Positions 28,055-38,785 are shown, counted from the first letter of the stretch. The stretch: DNA of 64,000 bases from Candidatus Levybacteria bacterium RIFCSPHIGHO2_01_FULL_36_15b (GCA_001782045.1 MFNK01000003.1:26070-90069), one strand, 5' to 3'. Numbers and translations are program-made. Notes: generated by a model not told the origin, from the sequence alone.

Positions 28055-28072
28055 CTGCTATAATTAGCCTCA
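28055..28072 (+). repeat. 18-bp direct repeat TCTGCTATAATTAGCCTC (right copy); doubles as the ychF promoter -10
   Basis: Ends 1 nt before the ychF ATG at 28074. Confidence 0.6.
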
Positions 28073-28073
28073 T

Positions 28074-29033
28074 ATGAATCTTTCGATTGGAATAGTCGGG
28101 CTTCCAAATGTTGGTAAAAGTACACTCTTTAATGCGCTTTTAAAGCGGCAGCAGGCTTTGGTTGCTAATTATCCTTTTGCAACAATTGAGCCAAATGTAG
28201 GCGTTGTTCCGGTTCCCGATGAAAGACTTGCGAAACTTGCCGAGATCGAGCAGTCAGAATATAAAATGACAAATCTTCCTCCGATAAAACCCGCGACCGT
28301 AAATTTCGTAGATATTGCAGGTTTGGTTAAAGGGGCAAATGAAGGAGCAGGTTTAGGAAATAAATTTTTATCTCATATTCGTGAGTCTTCAGTCATAGCT
28401 CACGTTGTAAGAGTTTTTGAAGATAGTAATGTTATAAAAGAGGGAAGTATAGATCCGCTCAATGATTACAAAGTCGTTAAAACAGAACTCGAGCTTGCAG
28501 ATTTAGAAAAAGGCGGAGAAATTGCTAAAAAGGCGGAAATTATTGTACTCAACGTTTCGGAAAGAGAGTACAATCCTGATTCTATTAAAAAAATAGTTGA
28601 TGATTATTCAAAGTTTTTAGAATTAGAACAGCATAAATTAATTGTTATTTCTGCAAAGATAGAATCAGAGCTTGCAGGGCTTAACGAAGAAGAACAAAAA
28701 GAGTATTTAAAAGATCTTGGATTGGAAAAATCAGGGCTAGAACGTCTTATCCAAAAAGCTTACGAAGAATTGGGTTTAATTTCATTTTTAACAGCGGGCG
28801 TTAAAGAGGTTAGGGCTTGGACAGTTCGACTCGGTTCCACCTCGCTCACTGCGGCAGGGGAGATTCATACAGACTTTATGAAAAAATTTATAAAAGCAGA
28901 AGTTGTTACGCTTGAGGATTTCATAGAGTTCAATGGATGGAAGGGAAGTCGCGAACACGGAAAAACAAGGCTGGAAGGAAGAGACTATATTGTAAAAGAC
29001 GGGGATATTATAGAGTTTAAAATTGGAGCTTAA
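28074..29033 (+). CDS. ychF: ribosome-binding ATPase YchF (Obg-family GTPase fold)
   Basis: GIVGLPNVGKSTLFNALL, NFVDIAGLVKGA, C-terminal TGS-like region. Confidence 0.85.
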   Translation: MNLSIGIVGLPNVGKSTLFNALLKRQQALVANYPFATIEPNVGVVPVPDERLAKLAEIEQSEYKMTNLPPIKPATVNFVDIAGLVKGANEGAGLGNKFLSHIRESSVIAHVVRVFEDSNVIKEGSIDPLNDYKVVKTELELADLEKGGEIAKKAEIIVLNVSEREYNPDSIKKIVDDYSKFLELEQHKLIVISAKIESELAGLNEEEQKEYLKDLGLEKSGLERLIQKAYEELGLISFLTAGVKEVRAWTVRLGSTSLTAAGEIHTDFMKKFIKAEVVTLEDFIEFNGWKGSREHGKTRLEGRDYIVKDGDIIEFKIGA

Positions 29034-29739
29034 AATGACTGAGAAAGAATATTGGAGGCAAAATTTATGGCATCCTGATTGGTACTTAAGATTAAAAGGT
29101 TATCTTGAAAAGGAAATTTTTCCCATCGTTAATGACAAAGAAATAAAAAAGAAAAGACATGTTTTTTATGAAACCGTTGAGGAAATGCTTGTCGCTCATG
29201 AAATACCTCTCGCCAATAAAGGTCCAAACTATGATGAAGAAAGAAAACAAGTAGACACAATTATTATTCATCACACTTCAGAAGAGCCAGATATTAGACT
29301 TTCCAAGCTTTCTGCAATCGGCTTTGTGAGGCAGTATGGTAAAGATTATTCAAAAAATGATGTGCTAGGTTACAACGTAAAAGGCAAGCCAATATGGTCG
29401 AACCATTTTAAAGATGGAAGGATGGTTTTTTTTGCTTACCATTGGTTGATAAGAGGAGATGGAAGAGCAGAGAGGTTACTTGAAGACCATCAAATAGGCT
29501 GGCAATCGGGAGCTTGGGATATTAATACTAGAAGCATAGCAATTAGTCTCTCAGGTGATTACAGCAATAGCTTTCCTTCTGAACAACAGATTTCTACAAT
29601 TAAAAAAGTAATCAGGGAAAGGTATTCGCATGTTGAAAAAGATAGAATAATTGGCCATAGAGAAATGAATAATAAAACAACTTGTCCCGGAAATAAATTT
29701 CTGGGAGATGAAGGTTGGCGCAATATGATTCTTGCTTAA
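29023..29739 (+). CDS. N-acetylmuramoyl-L-alanine amidase (Amidase_2/PGRP type)
   Basis: IIIHHTSE, HQIGWQSGAWDINTRSIAISLSGDY, IIGHREMNNKTTCPG: zinc-ligand pattern of Amidase_2. Confidence 0.75.
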   Translation: MELKMTEKEYWRQNLWHPDWYLRLKGYLEKEIFPIVNDKEIKKKRHVFYETVEEMLVAHEIPLANKGPNYDEERKQVDTIIIHHTSEEPDIRLSKLSAIGFVRQYGKDYSKNDVLGYNVKGKPIWSNHFKDGRMVFFAYHWLIRGDGRAERLLEDHQIGWQSGAWDINTRSIAISLSGDYSNSFPSEQQISTIKKVIRERYSHVEKDRIIGHREMNNKTTCPGNKFLGDEGWRNMILA

Positions 29740-29766
29740 AATAGGCTTGTATGCTAGTATAGCTGC

Positions 29767-30033
29767 ATGAGAAAATATCAATTGACGCTTGTTACAAAAT
29801 CAAGCGATTCAGCCAAGAAAAAAGCAATAGATAGCGTTAAGGGAATGCTAAAAGCCGCAAAAATTGAAAAAGAAGAAGAGTTAGGAGAAAAGGACTTGGC
29901 ATATTCAATAAAGCGCGAAACAAAGGGATTTTATACTAATTATTTATTTAGTGCAGACAGTCTTCCTGCAGGATTTGAGAAAAGACTTAATGCAGATGAG
30001 AACGTTTTAAGATTTTTAGTTATAAAACTTTAA
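29767..30033 (+). CDS. rpsF: 30S ribosomal protein S6
   Basis: MRKYQLTLV...; rpsF-ssb-rpsR gene order. Confidence 0.85.
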   Translation: MRKYQLTLVTKSSDSAKKKAIDSVKGMLKAAKIEKEEELGEKDLAYSIKRETKGFYTNYLFSADSLPAGFEKRLNADENVLRFLVIKL

Positions 30034-30036
30034 AAA

Positions 30037-30546
30037 ATGCCAAAATCACTAAACAGAGTACAATTAATCGGAAATTTAACAAGAGACCCTGAACTTAGAT
30101 ATACGCCAAGCGGCACTGCCGTTTGTTCTTTTAGCGTTGCAACAAACAGAAGTTGGACGCTTGACAGCGGCGAAAAGAAAGACGAAACTGAATTTCATAG
30201 AATTGTTGCATGGAGTAAGCTCGCCGAAATTTGCAGCCAGTTTTTAACAAAGGGAAGAAAAGTCTTTGTTGAAGGAAGACTCACAACTCGAAGCTGGACA
30301 GCGCAGGACGGAACTCAAAAAAACACTACAGAAATAGTAATTTCGGACATGATTTTACTGGACAACCGAAGAACGGAAGGGGATCAAACCTCCGAGCCTG
30401 TAGTGGAAGAAAAAGAAGCTCCTAAAAAAGCACGTTCGACAAGCTCAGTACAAGCGAAAAAAGAAGAATCCATTCAGCAAGCTCAGGACAAGCAAGAAGA
30501 AGCTCCTCCGGTTGAGGACATAGCTGCAGACGATATCCCGTTCTAG
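30037..30546 (+). CDS. ssb: single-stranded DNA-binding protein
   Basis: OB-fold N-terminus NRVQLIGNLTRDPELRYTPSG, acidic C-terminal tail ending DDIPF. Confidence 0.9.
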   Translation: MPKSLNRVQLIGNLTRDPELRYTPSGTAVCSFSVATNRSWTLDSGEKKDETEFHRIVAWSKLAEICSQFLTKGRKVFVEGRLTTRSWTAQDGTQKNTTEIVISDMILLDNRRTEGDQTSEPVVEEKEAPKKARSTSSVQAKKEESIQQAQDKQEEAPPVEDIAADDIPF

Positions 30547-30559
30547 CTCTCACTAACAA

Positions 30560-30808
30560 ATGGCAAAAAAAAGAAAAATCAGACGAATACAGAAAAATAA
30601 TGCTCCAAAAGAGTGTTACTTCCATGTTGAAAAAAAAGAACCGAACTTTATAGATGTGGCTTCATTAAATAAGTTTCTGACTGAAAGGTCTAAAATAATT
30701 CCAAAAAGCAGATCGGGTTTGTGTGGAAAACATCAAAAACGACTCGCAGAAGAAGTAAAGCGCGCAAGATATATGGCATTATTGCCCTTTGCAGTAAACG
30801 TTAAATAA
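30560..30808 (+). CDS. rpsR: 30S ribosomal protein S18
   Basis: YFHVEKKEPNFIDVASLNKFLTERSKIIPKSRSGLCGKHQKRLAEEVKRARYMALLPF. Confidence 0.85.
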   Translation: MAKKRKIRRIQKNNAPKECYFHVEKKEPNFIDVASLNKFLTERSKIIPKSRSGLCGKHQKRLAEEVKRARYMALLPFAVNVK

Positions 30809-31527
30809 TGAATGTACTGCCAATAAATCTCCCAAAAGAAGGAACCCCTAAGGTTAAAGCTGGAGATGAAGTGAAAAAAGGTCAAATAATAGCCCAGGTT
30901 GTTTTAGAAGACAACGAAGTAATACATCTTTCTTCATATAATATTGCCTCGAATAAATTTGCAGAATCATTAAAAAAACACCTAGGAGACTTAGTTGCTT
31001 CTGGTGATATAGTTGCAGTTAAAAAAAGGCTTTTAGGGGGCATAAAAGTTTACAGTCCATTTTCGGGAATATTGGTTAAAATTGATGAACAAAATCAGGA
31101 TTTATTTATAAAACCCAAGGATTTTAAAGAAAAAAAAGATATCCTTTCTCCAGTTGATGGGGTAGTTGAATTTTGCGATAATACGAAAATATCAATTAAA
31201 ACAGATTCTTTGGTTATTTCGGCTAAAGACATATTAGGCCCAAGCGTTAAAGGAGAAATCCTTGCAGGAGATTTTGAAATTGATAATGCAGTTGACGACA
31301 AGATAATAGTTAGGGAAACTTTTGATAAACTATCTGCTTTTAAGTCTTTTGGACTTGGGGCACTAGGCTTAATTACTAAGGACTTATCGGACTTTGATTT
31401 TATGGATTTGGAAAAAGATTTTGAAAAAACTATAGTAATGGTGTCTGAGGATGACTTTAAAAAATTAGCTAAATATAAAGGCAAGATGGTAGCCATTGAC
31501 AGCGCAGGGAAAATTATTTATTTATGA
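30808..31527 (+). CDS. hypothetical protein (sits where rplI usually follows rpsR, but is not L9)
   Basis: ORF only; translationally coupled to rpsR and to the downstream protease gene. Confidence 0.4.
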   Translation: MNVLPINLPKEGTPKVKAGDEVKKGQIIAQVVLEDNEVIHLSSYNIASNKFAESLKKHLGDLVASGDIVAVKKRLLGGIKVYSPFSGILVKIDEQNQDLFIKPKDFKEKKDILSPVDGVVEFCDNTKISIKTDSLVISAKDILGPSVKGEILAGDFEIDNAVDDKIIVRETFDKLSAFKSFGLGALGLITKDLSDFDFMDLEKDFEKTIVMVSEDDFKKLAKYKGKMVAIDSAGKIIYL

Positions 31528-32810
31528 AAAGAATAAAAGCTATACAAGTTTTATTAGTAATAGCTGTTGCATTTTTAGCGGGATATTTTTTTGGCGTTAA
31601 CAAAGTAAATGTTGAGTGGAAAAATTATCAGCCTCTTTTATCTGTTGTTAGCAAAGAACCTCCGCAAGGCCTTACCGATATAAACTTTACTCCCTTTTGG
31701 AGCGTATGGCAAAAGCTGTATGCAAGTTATTATGATAAAACCAAACTAGACCCTCAAAAAATGCTTAATGGCGCCATTTCGGGAATGGTTCAAAGCATAG
31801 GAGATCCTTTTACCGTGTATCTGCCTCCAGCCAATAATTCCGACTTTAAACAAGGTTTAGCAGGGCAATTTTCAGGCATCGGTGCAGAGCTTGGTGTAAA
31901 AGACAAAAATATTATTGTTATTTCCCCCTTAGATGGAAGTCCTGCAAAAAGATCAGGGATAAGAGCAGGGGATATAATTGCCGCGGTTGATGGTCAGACA
32001 ACAGCAGGCTGGACCATAGTACAAGCAGTCGAAAAAATAAGAGGACCAAAGGGTACGACTGTTACGCTATCTATTTTTCACAAAGGCTCAACAGAAAAGC
32101 AAGAAATAAAAATAACAAGAGATGTAATTACAGTAAAAAGTGTCGAAATGAAGTTCGACAAGGCAGAGTGTAGTGGTAATTCATGCAAAGTTATTACAGA
32201 TGCAAAGGGCTGCACATCAAATTGTGTTGATTTTGCCTATATTAGGCTTTCGCAATTCGGAGACAATACAGAGAAGGAATGGACTAACTTAATCGGTAGT
32301 TTTGCAGCAAAAGTCCATGCTAATAAAAATGTAAAGGGCATAGTACTTGATTTAAGAAACAATCCAGGTGGATATTTATCGGATGCAATATTTATTGCTT
32401 CGGAATTCTTGGATAAAGGTAAAACTGTTGTGATCGAGGATCCTTCTTCCAGCCTAGAATGTGATTCAGGCTGTAAAGTTAAGAGACAGGGAGAGCTTAC
32501 ATCAATACCAGTTGTCGTCTTAATTAATAAAGGAAGCGCTTCTGCAAGTGAAATAGTTGCGGGAGCCTTGCGAGATAATAATAGGGGAATTTTGGTAGGG
32601 GAAACGACATTTGGTAAGGGGACAATTCAAACAGCAGAAGATCTAGGAAGCGGAGCCGGAATTCACATAACAATTGCTAAATGGCTAACTCCAAATGGTC
32701 TTTGGATTAATGAAAAAGGGCTTACTCCAGATGTAACAATTTCACTTTCTGAAAAAGAACCGGATGTTGATAGTCAGCTTGAAAAAGCGGTATTTGAGCT
32801 TTTAAAATAG
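31524..32810 (+). CDS. C-terminal processing (S41) peptidase with PDZ domain and a Cys-rich insert
   Basis: PDZ GDIIAAVDG, S41 catalytic region GSASASEIVAGAL, TFGKGT; N-terminal TM. Confidence 0.75.
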   Translation: MKRIKAIQVLLVIAVAFLAGYFFGVNKVNVEWKNYQPLLSVVSKEPPQGLTDINFTPFWSVWQKLYASYYDKTKLDPQKMLNGAISGMVQSIGDPFTVYLPPANNSDFKQGLAGQFSGIGAELGVKDKNIIVISPLDGSPAKRSGIRAGDIIAAVDGQTTAGWTIVQAVEKIRGPKGTTVTLSIFHKGSTEKQEIKITRDVITVKSVEMKFDKAECSGNSCKVITDAKGCTSNCVDFAYIRLSQFGDNTEKEWTNLIGSFAAKVHANKNVKGIVLDLRNNPGGYLSDAIFIASEFLDKGKTVVIEDPSSSLECDSGCKVKRQGELTSIPVVVLINKGSASASEIVAGALRDNNRGILVGETTFGKGTIQTAEDLGSGAGIHITIAKWLTPNGLWINEKGLTPDVTISLSEKEPDVDSQLEKAVFELLK

Positions 32811-32816
32811 CCTTTT

Positions 32817-33746
32817 ATGATAAAAAAAGATATTCCACTTAAGCTTTACAGCAATTTTAAAATTGGGGGTCCTGCAAAGTTTTTCGCTATCGCTCAAAAT
32901 TTAGAGGAATTAAGCCAAATACTAAAAGATTCTAAAAATTTAACACCTAAAGTGTTTGTTTTTGGCGGCGGAACAAATATTCTATTTAGCGACAATGGTT
33001 TTGACGGTATAGCAATAAAAGTTGATATTAAAAGCATAGAAGCAAACGCCCAATCGATAAGAGTTGGTGCAGGGGTTTTGGTATCTGAACTTCTTGAATT
33101 TTGTATAGCTAACTCGCTTTCGGGTTTGGAATGGGCAGGAGGACTTCCTGGAACAGTAGGAGGTGCTGTAAGAGGCAATGCGGGTGCATATAACGGAGAG
33201 ATAAAGGATAAAATTTTAGAAGTAGAAAGTCTTGATATAAATGCGCTTAATACCTTAGAAAGGAATAAAGAAGAATGCAAGTTTGGTTACAGAATAAGTA
33301 TTTTTAAAAAGGATTTGGAAGGGAAAGAAGTAATTACTTATGTTACTTTCCAGCTGCAAAAAGGCAATAAAGAAGAAATCCAATCTTTAATTGAGGACAA
33401 AATTAATAAAAGAAAATTGAGACACCCCTTGGAATATCCCAACTTAGGAAGTACTTTTCAAAATGTCCCGGTTAATAAATTTAGCGAAAAACAAATGGAA
33501 CAACTTACGCAATATATAAAAAATGATCCTTTTCCTCTAATTCCTGCAGCAAAGCTTAATTTTTTAGCAGGTCTATCCGGGACAAGAGTAGGGGATGCAG
33601 AACTTTCCAAAAAACACACCAATTTTATAATTAATTTGGGAAATGCAAAAGCAGAAGAAGTTAAAAAGTTAATTACCTTAGTTAAAGCTAAAATTAAAAA
33701 TTTATACAATGTGGAATTAGAAGAGGAAATTTGTTATCTTAATTAA
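32817..33746 (+). CDS. murB: UDP-N-acetylenolpyruvoylglucosamine reductase
   Basis: FAD-binding N-terminus (FKIGGPAKFF, GGGTNIL), MurB C-terminal domain. Confidence 0.85.
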   Translation: MIKKDIPLKLYSNFKIGGPAKFFAIAQNLEELSQILKDSKNLTPKVFVFGGGTNILFSDNGFDGIAIKVDIKSIEANAQSIRVGAGVLVSELLEFCIANSLSGLEWAGGLPGTVGGAVRGNAGAYNGEIKDKILEVESLDINALNTLERNKEECKFGYRISIFKKDLEGKEVITYVTFQLQKGNKEEIQSLIEDKINKRKLRHPLEYPNLGSTFQNVPVNKFSEKQMEQLTQYIKNDPFPLIPAAKLNFLAGLSGTRVGDAELSKKHTNFIINLGNAKAEEVKKLITLVKAKIKNLYNVELEEEICYLN

Positions 33747-34420
33747 ATATTTTTGTAGCCGGAAAAATAATCCAATTTTATATTTTCTTCTTTTACTCCG
33801 AGTTTTTTGACAGTTTCTTCCATTTTAGCAACCATAGGATCCGGACCAGAAATAAAAATATCTATATTTTTCTTTATCACTCTTTTTAAAACATTTTTAT
33901 CAATTTTTGCAGAACCAATAAAGTACTTTATTTGAATATTCTTATTTTTTTTACTTATTTTATCTAATTCCTTTTTAAATAAAATATTATTATTTTTATT
34001 TGCATAAAGAAGCAGTACTTCATTTTTCATTTTTTTAAATACTAAGTCTCTTAAAATAGCAATAAAAGGAGTTATTCCTATTCCTCCTGCAATAAAAATA
34101 TTTATTTTTGATTTTTTATCAAGAATAAAATCTCCATCCGGGCCTTTAACAAAAATTTCTTCTCCAACTTTTAATTTATTTAATGCAGTTTTAAAAGAGC
34201 TTGGTTTTTTCTCAATTCTAGTAGTAATTGAGGGATAATTTTGATGCGGAGCTGATGAAATAGTAAAAAATCTTTGCTTTCCCCTTAAATCGTTTTTTTG
34301 ATGGGGAAGTGAATAAATTAGATATTGTCCGGAAGTCCATTTAATTTTTTTCTCAGGTTTAAAAATAAAAGTAGAAATGTTTCTTTGCTCCGATTTTTTA
34401 TCAATTAAAACGAGCCTCAT
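33743..34420 (-). CDS. ferredoxin-NADP-reductase-like FAD/NAD(P)-binding oxidoreductase
   Basis: RFFTISS (RxYS FAD motif), IAGGIGITP NAD-binding motif. Confidence 0.7.
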   Translation of the reverse strand: MRLVLIDKKSEQRNISTFIFKPEKKIKWTSGQYLIYSLPHQKNDLRGKQRFFTISSAPHQNYPSITTRIEKKPSSFKTALNKLKVGEEIFVKGPDGDFILDKKSKINIFIAGGIGITPFIAILRDLVFKKMKNEVLLLYANKNNNILFKKELDKISKKNKNIQIKYFIGSAKIDKNVLKRVIKKNIDIFISGPDPMVAKMEETVKKLGVKEENIKLDYFSGYKNI

Positions 34421-34474
34421 AGGGGGAACTATATCAGAATTGACGCTTTATTAAAAGATTGTTATAAATAACTA

Positions 34475-36157
34475 ATGGGAAATTTTTTCCTTGAAATAAC
34501 TTTAATTATTGGACTTGCTTCAATTCTTTCAATTGTTTTCCGAGTTCTTAAACAGCCAGAGATATTAGCTTATATATTAACAGGGGTTATACTTGGGCCT
34601 CTTGTGCTTGGCAAAATTGAGAACCCAGAATTAGTAAGATCTCTATCTGAAATAGGCATAACGTTACTTCTTTTCATGGTTGGTCTTGAATTAAGATATT
34701 CAGACTTAAAAGCAGTAGGTAAAATTTCCTTAATAACTGGAATTGGGCAAATTGTCTTTACATCTCTTATAGGCTTTCTGATTTCGATTTTTCTTGGCTT
34801 TTCTATAATTGCATCTTTGTACATTTCTATTGCTTTAACTTTTTCCAGCACAATTATTATAGTAAAGCTACTTTCGGACAAGAAAGATCTAAGAAGTTTG
34901 TACGGCAAAATATCGGTAGGATTTCTTCTTGTGCAGGATTTTGTAGCAATCATTGCCCTTATTTTTCTATCTGGTTTTTCTCAAAATGCAACATCGATCA
35001 ATCCCATAGGACTCCTACTTTTACTATTAAAAGGTGTAATTATATTTGGATTAGTAGGATACTTAAGCAGAAGTATTTTACCAAGAATAATGGAGAGAAT
35101 TCCTCATTCTCCCGAAACACTTTTCCTTTTTAGCGTAGCTTGGGCATTCGGTGTCTCATTTTTGATAAGTTCACCTCCTATCGGATTTTCTATTGAGATA
35201 GGAGGGTTTTTAGCTGGACTTGCCTTGGCTAATTCGTCCGAGAGCTTGCAGATTTCAGCGCGTGTCAAATCTCTAAGAGATTTTTTTATTGTTTTATTTT
35301 TTGTAAGCCTAGGAAGCGGATTAATATTTGAAAATTTTTATGTAATTTTGACTCCTGCTCTAATTTTTTCCGCATTCATACTAATTGGAAATCCGTTAAT
35401 AGTAATTATTTTACTCGGGCTTTTCGGATATAAAAAAAGAACAAGCTTTTTGGCAGGCCTTACGGTTGCTCAGATTTCTGAATTCAGTTTAATTTTAGTC
35501 TTCCTAGGTTATAAACTCGGTCATTTAACCGAGGAGGTTGTGGCTATTGTTACCTTAACAGGAATTATTACCTTTACTGTTTCTACTTATATGATAATAA
35601 ACGGAAAAACCCTATTTAAACACTTGAGCCCTTATCTTAATCTTTTTGAAAGAGGTAAGACAAAAACAGATGAGTTTCCAACAGCTGGGCTGGATAATAT
35701 AGAAGACCACGTTATTATCGTTGGGGCGGAACAAATGGGGCAAAGTATAATTGAAGCACTAAAAAAAATGGGAGAAAAATTTGTTGTAATAGATTTTGAC
35801 CCTTCATATATTCGAAAATTTAATGAGGACGATCTAAATTTTATTTTTGGAGACATTTCGGATTTAGATATACAAGAGAGGGCAAAAATAGACAACGCAA
35901 AACTTGTGATATCCACGATACCTGATTTAGAAGATAATAAATTTTTACTTAATGGGTTGAAGAATGAAAATAGAAAAGCCAAAATTGTCATGATGGCATA
36001 TGACATCAAAGATGCAAAAGCGCTATATAAAGATGGGGCGGACTATGTAATATTGCCACATTTGGCAGGTGGGAGACAGATTGCAAAACTTTTAACTGAA
36101 GAAGGGTTATCCAATTTGGAAAAACTAAGAGAACAGGACAAGAAGTATCTTACATAG
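34475..36157 (+). CDS. CPA2 (Kef-type) cation:proton antiporter with C-terminal RCK/TrkA-N domain
   Basis: About 12 TM helices plus Rossmann [11 protein letters not shown]. Confidence 0.8.
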   Translation: MGNFFLEITLIIGLASILSIVFRVLKQPEILAYILTGVILGPLVLGKIENPELVRSLSEIGITLLLFMVGLELRYSDLKAVGKISLITGIGQIVFTSLIGFLISIFLGFSIIASLYISIALTFSSTIIIVKLLSDKKDLRSLYGKISVGFLLVQDFVAIIALIFLSGFSQNATSINPIGLLLLLLKGVIIFGLVGYLSRSILPRIMERIPHSPETLFLFSVAWAFGVSFLISSPPIGFSIEIGGFLAGLALANSSESLQISARVKSLRDFFIVLFFVSLGSGLIFENFYVILTPALIFSAFILIGNPLIVIILLGLFGYKKRTSFLAGLTVAQISEFSLILVFLGYKLGHLTEEVVAIVTLTGIITFTVSTYMIINGKTLFKHLSPYLNLFERGKTKTDEFPTAGLDNIEDHVIIVGAEQMGQSIIEALKKMGEKFVVIDFDPSYIRKFNEDDLNFIFGDISDLDIQERAKIDNAKLVISTIPDLEDNKFLLNGLKNENRKAKIVMMAYDIKDAKALYKDGADYVILPHLAGGRQIAKLLTEEGLSNLEKLREQDKKYLT

Positions 36158-37040
36158 CTTTAAGATTTAAGCTTAGTTCTTTTACTATTTCTTCTAAATT
36201 ACCATCCAAAATTCCTTCTAAATTTCTCCAGGATTTATTTATTCTGTGATCCGTCATTCTGTCTTGAGGAAAGTTATAGGTTCTAATTTTCTCCGCTCTT
36301 GTTCCACGACCGACCTGTGTTGATTTTAATCCTGCAATTTCGCCGTGGCGCGCTTCAACTTCAATCTCCCAAAGCTTAGCGCGAAGTAGCTCCATGGCTA
36401 TTTCTCTATTTTGCAACTGTGAGCGCTCCGTGCGGCTTGTTACTATTATACCTGAAGGTTTGTGTATTATTCTTACAGCGGATGAGACTTTATTTACATT
36501 TTGTCCGCCATGTCCACCAGCTCTAAATGCTTCAAAACCGACGTCAGAAGGATTTATATGCAAATCTATGTCTTCAAGTTCGGGGAGTACCGAAACTGTG
36601 GCGGTAGAAGTGTGAACTCTTCCGCGTTTTTCAGTTGCAGGTATTCTTTGAACTCTGTGAACTCCTGCTTCGAATTTAAAATTTTCAAAAGCGCCGTTTC
36701 CTTCTATTTTTATTACATCTTCATCTAAAGCTTCTGTCTTAAAACCTTTAATTTCTGCAAACCTGGTATACATTCTTAAAAGTTCCTTAGCCCATAAAGT
36801 TGCCTCATCTCCTCCTGCCGCACCACTTACCTCTATAATTACGTTTCGCTGATCCAAATCTTCTGAATTTTCTTCGTTTGAGGCTTGTTGATAGGTAGTA
36901 AGAACATCTTCTTTCTGTTTTTCAAGATCTGCGATTTCAGTCTTAGCCAAGTCTTCCATTTGAGGATCTAAAAGAAGTTTTTTAGTTTCTTCAATTTTTC
37001 TATCGAGTTCTGCCAATTGAATTTGTCTATAATCTTCCAT
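36150..37040 (-). CDS. prfA: peptide chain release factor 1 (compact)
   Basis: PAT tripeptide motif (RIPATEKRG) and GGQ motif ([11 protein letters not shown]). Confidence 0.8.
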   Translation of the reverse strand: MEDYRQIQLAELDRKIEETKKLLLDPQMEDLAKTEIADLEKQKEDVLTTYQQASNEENSEDLDQRNVIIEVSGAAGGDEATLWAKELLRMYTRFAEIKGFKTEALDEDVIKIEGNGAFENFKFEAGVHRVQRIPATEKRGRVHTSTATVSVLPELEDIDLHINPSDVGFEAFRAGGHGGQNVNKVSSAVRIIHKPSGIIVTSRTERSQLQNREIAMELLRAKLWEIEVEARHGEIAGLKSTQVGRGTRAEKIRTYNFPQDRMTDHRINKSWRNLEGILDGNLEEIVKELSLNLKAM

Positions 37041-37055
37041 GTAGGGGAGAGTTAG

Positions 37056-37346
37056 CTACTGAATCTCTGAAAGCATTTCTCTTAAAGTCTTTGGGGCTTG
37101 AGACTTTTTTTCTTCCTTTTCTTTTTTCTTTGTTACATGAAGTCTTGCTGCTTCCTGTTTTTTCTGGAATTTCTGAATTCTTGATGCTGAGTCTACAAAT
37201 CTTTGCTCGCCTGTATAAAATGGATGACAGTTTGAGCATAATTCCACACGAATTAACTCCTGTGTACTGCCGGTTGTAAATTGGTTTCCACAAGCACAAA
37301 TAACCTGCGCGTTTTCAAAATATTGTGGATGAATTTGCTGTTTCAT
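37056..37346 (-). CDS. rpmE: 50S ribosomal protein L31 with K/E-rich C-terminal extension
   Basis: MKQQIHPQY...CxC...CSNCHPFYTG zinc-ribbon pattern. Confidence 0.85.
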   Translation of the reverse strand: MKQQIHPQYFENAQVICACGNQFTTGSTQELIRVELCSNCHPFYTGEQRFVDSASRIQKFQKKQEAARLHVTKKKEKEEKKSQAPKTLREMLSEIQ

Positions 37347-37424
37347 ATGCTAATTATAGCTGAAATTGGAATTTAAAACAAGATTCGGGCTCAATATTTT
37401 GCTAGGCAGTGGTATAATTTTTTC

Positions 37425-37925
37425 ATGAAGATATTAATAATTGGTACTTCTGGGACAGGAAAGACATACTTAGCAAATGAGTTTGGCAAAAAAGGGGTTA
37501 ACGCTTTTGATGCAGATGAAATAGATGGGCTTCATGGTTGGTATAATTGGAAAAGGGAAAGAGTTAGATTTCCTGATAATGCAGGCCCAGAGTTTCTTGA
37601 GAATCACGAATTCTTATGGGATAAGAAATTCTTAGAAGATTTTTTAAAACAATATAAAGATGTATATTTTTTTGGAAATTCCGGAAATGTTTTAGAAGTT
37701 AAAGATTTATTCGATAAAGTTTACTTCTTAGATGTACCAGAAGAAGTTATTGTAGAAAGGCTCGATCATCATAGTCGTGAAAATCCGATGGGGCAAACAG
37801 ATTATCAGAAACAGAAAGTTATTGAGTGGCAAAGATATACCGAAAAAATAGCTAAAGAGATGAAGGCAGAGACTATTAATGGCGCTTTATCTGCAGAAGA
37901 AATATTTAATTTAATCGTAAAATGA
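37425..37925 (+). CDS. P-loop NTPase (nucleoside/nucleotide kinase-like)
   Basis: Walker A IIGTSGTGKT at the N-terminus. Confidence 0.5.
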   Translation: MKILIIGTSGTGKTYLANEFGKKGVNAFDADEIDGLHGWYNWKRERVRFPDNAGPEFLENHEFLWDKKFLEDFLKQYKDVYFFGNSGNVLEVKDLFDKVYFLDVPEEVIVERLDHHSRENPMGQTDYQKQKVIEWQRYTEKIAKEMKAETINGALSAEEIFNLIVK

Positions 37926-38470
37926 ATGTAGCGAAAACTTTTTATCCGAAAAATAGTAAAGAGTGGAGAAGGTGGCTTACTAAAAATTTTGAGAAAGAAA
38001 AAGAAATCTGGCTTGTTCACTATACAAAAGCTTCGGGTAAAGAATCCATTAGTTATCAAGAAGCGCTGGATGAGGCATTATGTTTTGGCTGGATTGACTC
38101 AATTGTCAAAAAAATAGACAGCAAAAAAAGAGCCCAACGCTACACTCCAAGAAGAGCAAATAGTCCTATTTCGGAGTTAAATAAAGAAAGACTTAGAAGG
38201 CTCGTAAAAAGCCAAAAAGTTAATAAAGTTGTTCTTTTTAGAATAAAACACGAGCTAAATAAAGAATTTGTTTTTCCAAAGGATATTTTGGAATTTATTA
38301 AAAAAAATAAAGAATCTTGGAAGAATTTTCAGGAGTTTCCAGATTATTACAAGGTAATTAGAATTGCATTTATAGAGGGAGCAAGAAAAAGACCGGAAGA
38401 GTTTGAAAGAAGACTAAATAATTTTATAAAAATGACTTCGAAGAATAAAAAATTCGGGATGATTACTTAG
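37922..38470 (+). CDS. YdeI/OmpD-associated family protein
   Basis: YQEALDEALCFGWIDSIVKKIDSKKRAQRYTPRR pattern recalled for this family. Confidence 0.5.
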   Translation: MNVAKTFYPKNSKEWRRWLTKNFEKEKEIWLVHYTKASGKESISYQEALDEALCFGWIDSIVKKIDSKKRAQRYTPRRANSPISELNKERLRRLVKSQKVNKVVLFRIKHELNKEFVFPKDILEFIKKNKESWKNFQEFPDYYKVIRIAFIEGARKRPEEFERRLNNFIKMTSKNKKFGMIT

Positions 38471-38726
38471 CCACTGCTAAATCGTCTATATAGCAATATT
38501 TCCAGTTTTCTCCGAATTCAAAAGATTTAATAACAGGATGTTTAGTCTTTTTGAAATGTTTTGTGGCGTGTTTATTTTTAGAGCTGTCGCAGCATCCAAC
38601 ATGTCCGCAAGTTAGGCAAAGTCTTAAATGAACCCACTCATCACCTAATTTTAGACACTCTTCACAACCCTGCGGCGTTTTAGCCTTAATCGACTTAGCG
38701 TTTTTTAAATGAGTGCAAATATTCAC
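38463..38726 (-). CDS. UBP-type zinc-finger protein
   Basis: CTHL...CEEC...C..CGHVGCCDSSKNKHATKH pattern. Confidence 0.6.
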   Translation of the reverse strand: MNICTHLKNAKSIKAKTPQGCEECLKLGDEWVHLRLCLTCGHVGCCDSSKNKHATKHFKKTKHPVIKSFEFGENWKYCYIDDLAVAK

Positions 38727-38785
38727 AAATTTATTATACCTTAATCATATTGCAAAAAAGAGTTTCTAGTGTATAATCACTCCTT

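Noticed and set aside
30808-31527. Expected rplI (L9) after rpsR
   Set aside because: The encoded 239-aa protein has no resemblance to the L9 N-terminal (MxVILLxDV...) or C-terminal domains. Kept as hypothetical.
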